In this document: in pieces, positions 38,701-53,600 of the stretch | How the letters are laid out: every line of letters begins with the position of its first letter | Numbering within the stretch: the first letter of the stretch is position 1 | DNA from: Paragordius varius | Taxonomy: Eukaryota > Animalia > Nematomorpha | Assembly (NCBI GenBank): GCA_964247055.1 | Contig: OZ176057.1 | Location: 2,356,001 to 2,420,000, forward strand | Length of the DNA: 64,000 nt | Reading direction: 5' to 3' | Program-made: the position numbers and the translations under genes | The notes under the pieces: generated by a model | Seen by the model: the letters and a program-made list of their open reading frames with translations, nothing else | What the model was told of the DNA's origin: nothing | Databases searched by the model: none

Positions 38701-40284
38701 CGAAATTAAGCTGAAATAAAGCAAAATAGATAATTATTTTAAATCAATTTTTTTGATACCTGTTATGATATTTTATTTAATTAAATAAAAGTTTATTTTT
38801 ATAAATGGTTGATTACGTGTTATGCTGTTTTTTTGATTTTTATAAATAAGGCATATATTTTAAATAATTTAATTAATTGTTCAAAATTAAGCTGAAATAA
38901 AGCAAAATAATAATAATTATTTTAAATTAATTTTTTTGAATTATTAAATTTTAATGATATTTTATTTAATTAAATAAAAGTTTATTTTTATAAATGGTTG
39001 ATTACGTGTTATGCTGTTTTTTTGATTTTTATAAATAAGGCATATATTTTGAATAATTTTAAATTAATTGTTTGAATTTAGCTGTAATGTAGCATAATAG
39101 ATTCTAATTATTTTAAATTAATTTTTTTAAATACCAGTTATGATATATATCAAATTTTAATGATATATTATTCAATTATATACCATTTACAATTCGAAAT
39201 CACCCTTGAAAAATTTAAATATACCTCGAACAATCAAATAGATTAAAAATTATCTATATTTTTTTATATTAAAATTTCGTTTAAATTAACATAATACTGA
39301 AAAATAATAAATATGCCATAAGAATATATTTCTTATTAATGATGAATTATATTAGCCCGAAAACACATTTATTTTTAGGGTATTGAGTTGTTCAAGGTTG
39401 AATTTGATTTTAAATGGTATATATATATTTTAAATAATACTTACAATCAGGTGGGTGGTTTATTTTATTATTTTTATATATTATAAATTTTTAAATTTCT
39501 ACAATTTTTTTTTTAATATTTTATAGTTTAGATAATTCAGATCCACTTGCTATAATACTATTCATTGACTATTTAGCGCTAAAATGTGAAAATTATACTT
39601 TCCTCATCCAATTTTATTTGCAATACAATGTAAATTATATTTTTATTACAGTAAAAATTGAAATTATATTATATGGATAAAACGTAAAAATATAAGGAGA
39701 CAAATATTTTTATCTAAAATACAACACCCATACTTTCTTAACCTTAATTTTTCCTTGAAAAATAATATACAATTGTTTAATATTTAAATTGTTTGTGTTT
39801 TCAATTTACATCTGAATTTCCTATTTTATAGTTTGAAACAATGAGTTATAAATATAAAAATTAAGATTTAAAAAGTATGGTTTCTTTCAAAAAAAATATT
39901 TGTCGTTATATTTTTACGTTTTGTCCGTATATTTTGTGTGTGAAATTTACCCAAAGCTATAAATATTTGAGCCAAAATGTTTATAATATAAATTACAAAA
40001 TTACCATAATAATTTTCAACAATTTTATCAAATCTTTTTGAACATGGTATATGAAACTATGTTATTGTATTTTATAAAACTTGGAATTAAATAGAATATA
40101 TATGATTTATTTTCGACAATATAAAATTTAAATTTATTAAAAGTGATCTTAATGTAAAAATTAGGAACAAAAAATATTTTTGTAAGAATATTCAGTGTTT
40201 ATCTCTTTAGACAAGAAAGATATTAATTTTAATCTTGCATAATAATTAAACATTTTAAGTGATAAATAGATATATATTAACACT

Positions 40285-40323
<39 letters not shown>

Positions 40324-40913
40324 TTTTTATTTAAAGCAAAAAAAACACTTTATAATTGTATGAAATGGTCAGTTTTTTATATTAAATCATATTATTTTCT
40401 CAATTTTAATTTATTTTACCTTTATACAGTATAAATTTAAACATAGCAAAGAGTAAATTTAAAAGACAAATTTTTTTAATAAGAACGATCATATTTTAAA
40501 GATCTTAATTTCTTTTTAAATGACCTATCTATCGTTTTGGGTTGTAAAATAAGGATAGAAATTTATATTAATTTACAATGTAATCATATAATTTGGAATT
40601 TCTAAAAAAATATTTGATTTTAAGTTATACCATTTAAAATTCATATTCACCATTAAACAATTTAAAATCACCCTCAAACAATTCAAATTATTCACCCTAA
40701 AATAAATTATGTGTTTTTGGGATAATATAATTCTTTATAATATCAAATATATCTTTATGGTATATTTTATTATATGTTCAGTGTTATCTTTTTAAACCTA
40801 ATTTCATTCTTTTAAAAATTTTAAAATATAGCTAATTTTTAATCCTCAATACATATATAATTTAATTTAGGGTGAATTTGAATTGTTTAAGGGTCAGTTT
40901 GAAATGTAATTAG

Positions 40914-40946
<33 letters not shown>

Positions 40947-41651
40947 ATACCTATCATTTCGATTTGCAATATCCAAATATACTATATTCAGTTACATTGG
41001 CAGCTAAATTATTAGCCTTACAAATTTCAAGCAAAATGGCTAAAAATGAAATTCAAACAAAAAATAATTCTTATAACGATGAAAATAAGAACATTAAAAA
41101 AGATTTTACGGCATTTAAAACGCATCTTTTACCTCCATTGAATGATTGGGCAAAAAACCGTTATAACGAGATCAGTTATAACGGAATGAAGGAAATGCTT
41201 GAATACTTGGAATCTTTTGCGGAATATATGGTATAATATTTTTTTTACAAATTTATACTTTTTTTACTTATATATATATATAGTTGGTTATTTAAGACTA
41301 TAGTTGGGGGGCAATTTGCAACACAGTAGTGTATGGAAAAAAACAACAAAATGTTGAATAACCAATAATTTCCAGGTTTTTTCTTTTTTCCATACACTCT
41401 TGTGTTGCAAATTACCCTACTATAGTGTGAAATAAGCAATCATTAAAATGCATACTTTAATTAAGAATTATGAATTTTATAGATATTTTTATTTTTAAAT
41501 ATGTAATATATTAAATAATTATTATATACTTTTTGATTACCTTATATTTTAATTCATTTCATATTAAAAAATTTTTAATATATCAGAAAATCTTAAAATA
41601 TCGAGACCCAATTATATAGGCAACATTTTTTAAAACATATCCCAATTTTTG

Positions 41652-41699
<48 letters not shown>

Positions 41700-44600
41700 T
41701 CTTTTTAAATTGTTTAGATTTATAAGCGTACTAAATATTTTTAGATTTTATAAAAAATATTACTGATGAAAAAAAGGAATGATATATTTAACTCCAAAAA
41801 TATGGATTTTATAATTAAAAAAAGGCATATATTAGTCTTTTTTTAACTTTTAATATAAAGCAATTTTTATTTATAAATATAGTTTATTGTTAATTAAAGT
41901 TATTCACAAGTGTTACTAAATATCCAAGTTTTTTGTTTCAACTTTTGAGTTACCATCAAATTGGAGTCCAAGAATATATTTCCGCCTTTAAAATGTATCA
42001 CAAAGCGCATGGAAATATTAATAAAAATGATGAAAAAAATATAAATGATATTGAAAATTGTGAAAATCAAGCTAAAACTGCTCAAAATATTTATGAATAT
42101 TTGAACCACGCTGACAAAAATTTAAAGTAATTATATTTAAATTACGAAATTAATTTTAATAGTTATTAAAATAATTTAATACAACTAAAAATTATTTTTA
42201 ATTTTTTTAAATGTTTTTTTATTTGCAAAATCCCTTTTTAAACTAAACAAATATATTTGATACAAATGCTGGCTTTTATTCACTGTAATTTTCTCTTAAT
42301 AGGAGAAGAGTTTTTTTTACTAAATATTATAAAAAATTATTTTTAATGGTAATTTTCAGAATATATAAATTAAAATCTTATAAGCATTGATTTTTATTTT
42401 ACATATATTAACTGAAAATCTTGGGAATTATTATCTAGTCTTTTTACAGTAAAAATTAATATATGCGAATGTAAAGATTAAAAGATATATTTGATTTATA
42501 AAATACAATCATACTTTTTTTATATTTTTAATATAAATGCTAAACGGGAGTATTGAGATGTAAATTGATAATAACACACACATTTATATAATTTAAAACA
42601 AATTATATGATGGTTAATGTAGGAAATATATAAAGGTTTTTAAAGGTAATGTTGTCTTTTAGTTTTTACATTTTGTCCATAAAAATTTAATTTTACTGAA
42701 ATAATTTCTTCAATGGTGAGTATATATACATATATATTTATTACTATTTGATTTTATTGATTTACATAATTATTAGGTCGATTTAAAAAAAAATGTTATA
42801 TGTATCCTTGGCTAATATTAATAATATTAACCACCTATTTTCTTTGCATAATTAAATTATAACCAATACATTTTCAAACATAAAACAATTAACATACAGT
42901 ATGCATTTTAATGGTTGCTTATATCACATTATAGATGGGCAATCTCCATGCAATACAAGAGTGTATGGAAAAAAGAAAGGAAAAGGTTGTTTATTCAACA
43001 TTTTTTGTTTTTTTCTATACACTACTGTGTTGCAAATTACCTTACTATAGTGTCAAATAAGCAACCATTAAAATGCTTACTGTAATTGATAAAACCTTTT
43101 ATATTATGGACAAGACGCAATAAAAAAAAGATTAATATTTTTTTGAAAAATAAAACTTAAAATTATGTGAAATTTTAACTAATTAATGGTTTACCAATAA
43201 TTTACATATCTATTATCAAGAAAAAAGGGTTAATCATACAAAATATGATTATTTTTTATTTTTGTCCATATAATTTTAATTTTTATACAGTATGAGTAAG
43301 GATACAATGCTGGAAAGTTATTAATTATTGCCAAATAGAAGCAAAAACAACAAAGGGCAGTATTATTGGTAGTTAATTTTTTCACTTTTTATTCTAATAT
43401 TAGCCAATAATAATTCTCTTTGCTGTGCATATGCTATTTGGCAATGATTTATAACTTTCTAGCAATATATATATATATATATTTACTCATACGGTATTAC
43501 AGTAAAAATTAAAATTATACGGACAAAACGTAAAAATATAAGGACAAATATTTTTTTTATGAAAGACAACCATACTTTTTAAATCTTGATTTTTTTTAAT
43601 AATGAAAAGTGTGAAATACAGATATATATATATATATATTAACAACACAATCAATTTTATATATTTTACATTCAAAATTAAATAGCCTATAGAAGAAAAA
43701 TAAGGTTTGAAAAAGGTTGTCTTTTAAAAAAATATTTGTCTTGATATTTTTACGTTTTGTCCATAGTATAATTTTAATTTTTACCGTTTTAATTATATTT
43801 TTAGGCCTACACCTTTGCTATACAAATTACAAAAACATTATGTCCATATGTGTGGCGCATATTGGAATAATTTTGTTCAAGAAACTCCGCACATTAGTAG
43901 AAATAATAAAAATATTATTAAACGACATGACAATAATTTACAACAACTTTCATTAAAATCTACTAAATGTGATGAAAGTAATTCTAGAAATCAACAGGAG
44001 AAAAAGCAAGAAAATTCTGATATTTTTGATTGGATTTTTGATTCCCTGTTAAAAACATTTACCATCTACTATACTAATGATGCATTCGATACAAAAAATA
44101 TGCCTACTTTTAATTTAGTTTCGGGGTATTTTTTGTAAACTATTTTTGTTTTAAGATTAAATATATGATTTATTAGTCGATATGTTTAATGGGTGTTTAA
44201 AGTTTTTGAAATTAAGCGTTTTTTGGAATAATTGATACGAAAATATGTAATTTTTGAGTAAAAAAAATTTGTAATCAACTAATTTTAAATACCTACGTTT
44301 TAAGCTTTTTGACTAAATTATCATTAAAATAATTACGCATTAATTTTATAATTTACATCATCTATGCAATTTTTAAGAATATCAAAAAATAATTTATTTT
44401 TTGCATAATACGGTATAATTTTAAAAGACAAGCTTAAAAATTAAAAGCTATTTATTATATTTTTTTGAACTAAATTCTTTTAACAAAAAAACTTAAGTTT
44501 AAACAATTTTGAAATACATAATTAAGCATTTGCTTTTTTTAGGCTTAAAATGCGTTATTACGAAAAAAACTATGCTTCTAAAATGTATATAGTTGTCAAG

Positions 44601-47600
44601 ATTACAAAATTATATCTTTATATTTTTTATAAAATTCCAATTTTATTATGTGTAATTATGACAAATTTATTTTTTTTATAATCAGATCATTTTATTCACC
44701 CTGCTGTGAAAACAAACCAAAAAACCTGGAAAATAGCCCACAAAATTGCTCAGTAGTAAAAGCGTTTGAATGCACCCCACTTAGTTATTATCGACACTTT
44801 TTTTACCTATACCATTTTTATAGCGCTCGTGAAGAAAATAATTTAGCGCCAACAAACGCAATGGAATATAAAATTACCCCAATACTACCCATAGAAGTTT
44901 TATAGTTTTTTATTGAAAACAATCCTTATTTTTTTAGAAAGAATGGGTTTTTTGACTACTAACTAACATAAAAATTAATTTTATTACTTAAAAGATTTAA
45001 TTTTATGTTAAAATAAATAATATTTTTATAAAAAAGTTTGTTTAACTAATTTGGTCATTAAATAAAATTATATTTAAATATTTGGTTTAAAATATGTATT
45101 CAAAGTTTTTAATTATATATCCTAAAATATAAAAATTTTACCCGAATAATTAAATATTGCAAAATTTTAATAATCAGAAAGGAAGATATCACCAATTTTA
45201 GAAGCATTACAATTTTTTTCTTAATAACATATGCATGTTTTTAGTTGTAGTTTCATTTTTCAATTATTTTATTATACTTTAATTTTTAGTTTTACGTTTG
45301 ACAAAGGTTACTTTTGTAGTGAGTGAAAATTTACCTTATTAAATTTAATTAATTTTAGCCGAATCATAATCTCAATATTAAAGATATGATTACCATTTAC
45401 AATTCAAATTAACCCTCGAACAATTCATAATCATCTTCAAATAAATTATATGTTTTTCAAGATTAAATATAACCTATATTTTTATATATTTTTAAAAATA
45501 AAATTTTGTAATAAATTAGAATAATACTGAAAAATAATTAACTATGCCATAAAGATATAGTTCATATTAATAATGTGAGTTATATTAGTTTGATAACACA
45601 TAATTTATTTTTAGGGTTGAATAATTTGAATTGTTCAAGGGTGAATAATTTGAACTGTAAATGGTATATTTTAGGCAGGGGCGATAAACACAAATGACTT
45701 GGTTTACGGGACACATTCGTAAAATATATGGGCATTAACACACATAATTTGTTAAATATTAAAAAGATTGTAATGTAAAATCTACCATTTATTTTAACAA
45801 TTTTTGCTGGTTCATTGTTAAAATTTGGAATAATTTTTTGAGAGTTAATTTGTTTAAGAAAGTTTGCCTTTAAAATTTCTCACACCGGCTGCCGAAATAT
45901 TTCGGAGGGCGGCGTTATAGAAAAATGCTACTGATATAAAATAATATTACAGTCATGTATCCTTTATTTTATAAAAAAAATATTTTCTTTCATTAAATGG
46001 GTATTAATCGTTGATAAAGAATGGAAAAAACAAGAGTTCTATGGTGGTAATAACAATATCATATTAATCGAAAAAGTATAAGAATTACCATGGAGCTCTT
46101 GTTTTTTCCATTCTTTAACAAATATTTATACATACCCATTTAACGAAAAAAAAATTTTTTTTGAAAAAATAATGGATACATGACTGTATTATATATTAAT
46201 TTGGACAATTAAAAAACCATTTTATGTTACTCCTTTTTTACCACACACAAAAAAAGCTATTTGAGAAAACTTTTATGAAAATAGATTAACAAATTTGTAC
46301 GAAAAACATCAAACAAATCATGTCCTTAAATATCATAGGTGAAATAAAAATATAAAATAATTCCTTACATCAAAAACTTTAAAATTGTGACGACACTTTT
46401 AAAAATATTTGGCATTTACATTTGAATTGGTTTGCATAAAAAATCAATTTTTTCATTAATTATATGCGCCTTACGGTATAATAATGTGCAAGTTAAAAAA
46501 CAAGTCGGCTTAATAAACAAATTTTATTGTATGACTTTGTGTGTGCGCAATGAACACATTATACTTATAAAGGAAAAAGTTTTAAAAATCGGGTTGAATT
46601 ACAAAATAAGTTGTCATTAAAATAAAGTCGCTATATTACCATTTTTTCCCATATAATTATGTGCGTTATATTTATATATATATATATACAGTATGCATTT
46701 TAATGTCTGTTAAGTAATTTTATTGCCTGCCAAATAACATAAATGGTTTATCAAAAGCGTAAAATACTGATCCACGAAATTATTTCGTAGTACACATATG
46801 AAAGAAGATTGACGTGAGAATTAACATAGGCTTTAATTTGAGGGATATTTTGTAATGTTAAATTTTGGGAATATTATAGCAATTTATGTTAACATTTGTA
46901 ATATTGTTGTTACGTATTTAGATGCGGAATTTTGTGGGTTTTTATCTTTGATAAATTAATAAATATTAAATACGTATTTTAAGATATTTTATGTTAATTA
47001 TTCCTAAATTTAATAATAAATATTTTTCAACATGCTAAATACCTGTATTAATTAATCTTGGTATCATAATTTTATATAGTTGTTATTACTAATTTAAAAA
47101 ACACAGGTAAATATATATTTGTGAAAATTTAAGTAGATTTTTGTCTTTTATGTTTTGCATTATTTTTATCAGGTAAAAATTGCGGTTTTTAATAAATTTC
47201 CTAAAAATTTAGTTTTTTTTGTTTTTTAGGTTTTGCATTGTTAGTTGTAATTAATTACTACATATTTTGGACATTATAATAATTACAGGTAAAAATTGCG
47301 GTTTTTAACAAATTCAGTAAAAATTAGTTTTTTTTGTTTTTTTTAGGTTTTGCATTGTTAATTGTAACTAACTACTGCATATTTTGGACATTATAATAAT
47401 TACAGGTAAAAATTGCGGTTTTTAACAACAGTAAAAATTTATTTTTTTTTATTTTTTTTAGGTTTTGCATTGTTAATTGTAACTAACTACTGCATATTTT
47501 GGACATTATAATAATTACAAAATTTAGTAAAAAGTTATTTTTTTTGTTTTAGAGGATTTTCATTGTTAATTGTAATTAATTAATTTTGGACATTTCAATT

Positions 47601-50600
47601 AATAAAGGTAAAAAATGAGGTTGTTTTTATATTTAATAAAATTTAATATTTTCTTGTTTTTTTATTTAATATTGTTAATTGTAATTAATTACTACATATT
47701 TGGAAATTTTAATAAATACAGGTGAAAATGGAAATGTAACATTTTTTGTATCTTGTATCATTGTTATTTAATTAATTACTAAATATTTTGGACATTTAAA
47801 AAACTTGTGGAAAATGCGGTTTTTATTAAATTAGTAAATTTTATTTTTTGTTCAACCTTGCTAATTTATCACTATATATTTGTGATACATTGATATATAC
47901 AGGTAAAAATTACTATGATTTGCGGTTTGAATTTTTTAAAATATTTTTTTTACATTGATAACTTATATAATAAATATATTTAACATATCTGAGTAGGTAA
48001 AAATGCATGTTACGGTTTTATGTTTGACATTTTATTTTCCATCAACTATTTATATTTTAACAAACAACTTATGTCACCAAAGATTGAAAATAAGATCAAG
48101 ATATATAAAACATCTTTTAAAGTATCTGAATCTCGCCAAATATAAATAAATTTATTTAAATTATAAATGTATAATTATACAAAATATTCATATTATGTTT
48201 GAAATTAACATTCTTCTTATTGATATTAATACAGGTAATTTGTTTATATAAATGATGTACGATGCGGTGTGCGTTCATGATGATCATATGGATTGAAGAA
48301 TAGTATAAGATGTAGATAATCCTGAAAATTTTAATCACCATCATTTTTTAGGTAGATTCTCTCACCTAAAATATAAGATAATTGATATATTAGAAAATTG
48401 ATACCTGGATTAAATATTGGGGGAAACATTCATAGTTTGAAAGGGAACTCAAAAGGTTGACTTGGCTTTTTAACAACTTAATTTGCAAAAAAATATTTTC
48501 TTCATGATAAAAAATTCAAAAATGATACCTTATTTTACGTTTTCGTTTTACCATCCTAAACTATAAATATAAAAAATTATTCTTCACCAAAGCAAACAAT
48601 GTTAGTGTTGCCTGCTTTTGGAGTGCTGTTGCATTCCAAGCTTTTGAAAAAAATTATTTGTTTCTATTTTCTATTTGACGTCATTGGTATGGTGAAATCA
48701 TATAAGCCTTTTCATATTTTTAGTTGAGGATGGTAGAACGAAAAAAAACATAAAGTATCATTTTTGAATATTTTATCATAAAGAAAATATTTTTTTGCAA
48801 ATTTAGTTGTTAAAAAGCCAAGTCAACCTTTTGAGTTCCCTTTCAAACTATGAATGTTTCCCCCAATATTTAATCCAGGTATCAATTTTCTAATATATCA
48901 ATTATCTTATATTTTAGGTGAGAGAATCTACCTAAAAAATGATGGTGATTAAAATTTTCAGGATTATCTACATCTTATACTATTCTTCAATCCATATGAT
49001 CATCATGAACGCACACCGCATCGTACATCATTTATATAAACAAATTACCTGTATTAATATCAATAAGAAGAATGTTAATTTCAAACATAATATGAATATT
49101 TTGTATAATTATACACTTATAATTTAAATAAATTTATTTATATTCGGCGATATTCAGATACTTTAAAAGATGTTTTATATATCTTGATCTTATTTTCAAT
49201 CTTTGGTGACATAAGTTGTTTGTTAAAATATAAATAGTTGATGGAAAATAAAATGTCAAACATAAAACCGTAACATGCATTTTTACCTACTCAGATATGT
49301 TAAATATATTTATTATATAAGTTATCAATGTAAAAAAAATATTTTAAAAAATTCAAACCGCAAATCATAGTAATTTTTACCTGTATATATCAATGTATCA
49401 CAAATATATAGTGATAAATAAATTAGCAAGGTTGAACAAAAAATAAAATTTACTAATTTAATAAAAACCGCATTTTCCACAAGTTTTTTAAATGTCCAAA
49501 ATATTTAGTAATTAATTAAATAACAATGATACAAGATACAAAAAATGTTACATTTCCATTTTCACCTGTATTTATTAAAATTTCCAAATATGTAGTAATT
49601 AATTACAATTAACAATATTAAATAAAAAAACAAGAAAATATTAAATTTTATTAAATATAAAAACAACCTCATTTTTTACCTTTATTAATTGAAATGTCCA
49701 AAATTAATTAATTACAATTAACAATGAAAATCCTCTAAAACAAAAAAAATAACTTTTTACTAAATTTTGTAATTATTATAATGTCCAAAATATGCAGTAG
49801 TTAGTTACAATTAACAATGCAAAACCTAAAAAAAATAAAAAAAAATAAATTTTTACTGTTGTTAAAAACCGCAATTTTTACCTGTAATTATTATAATGTC
49901 CAAAATATGCAGTAGTTAGTTACAATTAACAATGCAAAACCTAAAAAAAACAAAAAAAACTAATTTTTACTGAATTTGTTAAAAACCGCAATTTTTACCT
50001 GTAATTATTATAATGTCCAAAATATGTAGTAATTAATTACAACTAACAATGCAAAACCTAAAAAACAAAAAAAACTAAATTTTTAGGAAATTTATTAAAA
50101 ACCGCAATTTTTACCTGATAAAAATAATGCAAAACATAAAAGACAAAAATCTACTTAAATTTTCACAAATATATATTTACCTGTGTTTTTTAAATTAGTA
50201 ATAACAACTATATAAAATTATGATACCAAGATTAATTAATACAGGTATTTAGCATGTTGAAAAATATTTATTATTAAATTTAGGAATAATTAACATAAAA
50301 TATCTTAAAATACGTATTTTACTATTTATTAATTTATCAAAGATAAAAACCCACAAAATTCCGCATCTAAATACGTAACAACAATATTACAAATGTTAAC
50401 ATAAATTGCTATAATATTCCCAAAATTTAACATTACAAAATATCCCTCAAATTAAAGCCTATGTTAATTCTCACGTCAATCTTCTTTCATATGTGTACTA
50501 CGAAATAATTTCGTGGGTCAGTATTTTACGCTTTTGATAAACCATTTATGTTATTTGGCAGGCAATAAAATTACTTAACAGACATTAAAATGCATACTGT

Positions 50601-53600
50601 AATTCACTGGCATATATACCATTTACAGTTCAAATTCACCCTTTAACAAATCGAACCACCCTTTTACAATTTAAATTCATCCTCGAACAATTTAAATTCA
50701 CCCTTGAACAATTCACCTTTCACCCTAAATATAAATTATGTGTTTTTGAACTAATATAACTCTCACATTATAAATATGAAGTATGTCTTTATGGCATAGT
50801 ATATTTTTTTTCAGTATTATTTAAAAAAACATAATTTTATTTCTTTAAAAATATATAATCTTAATCTTGAAAAACATATAATAAATATATTTGAGGTTGA
50901 ATTTGAATTGCTCAAGGGTGAAATTTTTTCGGAAACGGTATTTTTTTGTTGAATAAAGTGGCAATAAATATTAATTATATTATATAATACCATTTTTTTG
51001 CACACATATAGAATGAAATTTTTACGCAAACACACATGAACGAAACTACATTAATGCGTTTTCATGATCCATTTCCCAATATAAATGGGTTAACTTTTGA
51101 AAACAACAACACAACTCTCCATGAGCAAATAACTCAGCAAACGCTTATAAATTATCCATATTCTTCTCTGGTGGTAGATTTCTCTGCTATAAATAGCGAT
51201 AATAATTTAAACAATCCAACTAGAACTCAAAATTCAGAACCTTTAGGCTTTACGGAATTTGGACGTCTTATTAGTTCCTTTTTTACAACCCTAATACCTC
51301 CTTTGCCTGAAGCAATTTCAACAAATGCAAGAAATTTAAGACCAAACTCAAATGTCGATGATATTAATCAAATTAATCATGAGAATAGAATAATTAATAA
51401 TATTGATAATAATTCTAACCGTTTAAATAATAGCAATCTAGAGGGTGAAATTACTGTTTTAGAGGTATATACACTTATGTTTATATAATTACAAAAATAT
51501 ATAAATAAAGCGTAAAAATTAAAATGCTCGCGACAAAACATAAAAAATAAAATTCAAATATATTTTCTTCAACAAAATCGACAGAATGGCCATATCTTAG
51601 TACCCCAATAATTTTTATATAATTTAATGAATTATTACGATTGTTAAATTATAATTTACGGTGTTTAGAATTTACATTTCTAACCCCTATTTACCCCAAA
51701 ACTAAGGGTATAAGGGGCTCTAAAAATGAAAATTGTATGACTGTCCTTTGTACGATAAAAAAATAATTGTCTTTAATTATAGTGGGAAAAATTACCATAT
51801 GTATGCGTCTTATGACCCTTTTTGACATAATACAAAATTTAAATGTTCTATTTTTTTCAATTCATTAATAATTATTTTTCCCTTAGTATATTTAAATATT
51901 GGCGTGCATTTATATAAGTTTAATAAGGATAGAAGCATAAATTTAAATTAGAACCGTTTCTTTCAGTATTTTTTTAGGAGGATCAACTTAAAAATAATCT
52001 GGGGTATTCAGATACCCCAATTTGAATCGAAGTGTTAAAGTTTAGCTTTTATTTTATTTGAGATAATATATCTGATTTTTTAGTATAGTTGATATGGATA
52101 AAACAGTACTTCTTGGAACTCATGATCAAATTTTAATTTCAGTTTCACCATAAGGCATTTGCAATAATTCTATTTATTTAATAAAAATTAATAGTCTTTG
52201 TAAACATTAAACTATAAAATAAACTTTGCGAAAGATTGTCATCTCGTAATCACTAAATTTTGATATGTTGGGATAGGCATATATATAAAGAATCATTTTG
52301 AAAGTTGATATGAATGGTTTAAAAGGATAATTTTAAAATTTTGATATAACCATATATATATATATATATAAATTTAATTCAATTCACTCTGCTTGCCCGA
52401 TACCTATCTTAGCAGCCATAATTTTTGGGGACATTGAAGTAAAATTATCGATAAATGATGTATCTTTTATCAGGTAGATAAAATTAGTAGGGGGCGCATT
52501 CTAAGTTGAACACAACCTGTTTAGTTGAAAACACTCTACCTTATAACGATACTCATAAACCGCCAAATTTTCTCGGTAAAGGAATAAAAGTGCGAGATTT
52601 ATTGATAATAAAATCGATTTGTTAACAGTTATTGAAATAGTTGTAGTTAGCAGGTTAGCCACTGAAGAAATTTAAACATTTCCAGTTTAGTAGAAGAAAA
52701 CTCGACTTGTACTCGAAACCGTTAAAATTTTCTCGTTAAAAGGAGCAAAGATGCATGAATAACAAATTTCCTTTTTATGCTGTTTTAAACACAATTTTGA
52801 TTCATGATTACAAAACTCTCTATCCATTTTTTTGTCCAATATTATTTGAAGTAAGGGTGATTTTTTAGTTTAGATTTATATAATTGTATATTTCTAAATG
52901 TTGAAAGAAGCATTATAGAAATGATTGTTAATTCAAATATAAACTAGGGTATGAAATAATATTAGACAGACAATATTTAATTTCCTTAATTGCCATATAT
53001 CATTTAAATATAAAAAGAACTAATATGGCTACAAGAGTCCCTATATTATTAAAAATATAAGTTATTTTTAAAGATTTCGTTAAACGTAAATTTTATTAAA
53101 AATTGATAGTATATAATATTATACTATGGCAGATAAATATAAATGTTTATCATATATTAGGCTAAATCGAAATGTTGAATACGGTTATATATCTAAAGTT
53201 ATTATAACATTTTTTGCCCTATAATGAAATAAAAAAATCTCAATTTTACAAATGGATTACATCTGGCATAAGCGAATTACACTTTATAAACGATGCATTT
53301 ATATAACCTCTATTTCTCATATTAAATGCGAATAGATACACTGTAAAACTTAAACTTAAAAAAATAACTATTTTATACCGAAAACATTTAAATTATGTCA
53401 CTTAAAATAATATATTGTTAAAATGTTGTCTTTTTTAAGGGTGTTTAAATTCAAAAAAAGACTAGTTTGCAATGTTATTAACAGGAAAATATTTTATCTC
53501 TATTTTATGCTTATAGTCTGGATTCAGTGATTATTCCAATGTGCAAAACACAAATTCAATGCAATCAAATGGAAACAATATAATCAATGGTATCAATATC

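Larger units (their letters stand above)
35040..45666. mobile_element. Family A MITEs in TCF25 introns: ~35040-35312, 35489-35703, 37861-38088, 38139-38347, 39181-39419, 40628-40915, 45391-45666 (further copies at 50617-50940 and 58975-59258, partial copy at 19009-19120)
   Basis: Shared TIR, 21-bp unit and core sequence, with varying degeneracy and repeat count. Confidence 0.8.

Noticed and set aside
48156-49127. Twin ORFs MMVIKIFRII... on opposite strands
   Set aside because: They are mirror images produced by the palindrome; short, AT-rich and without homology or splice support.
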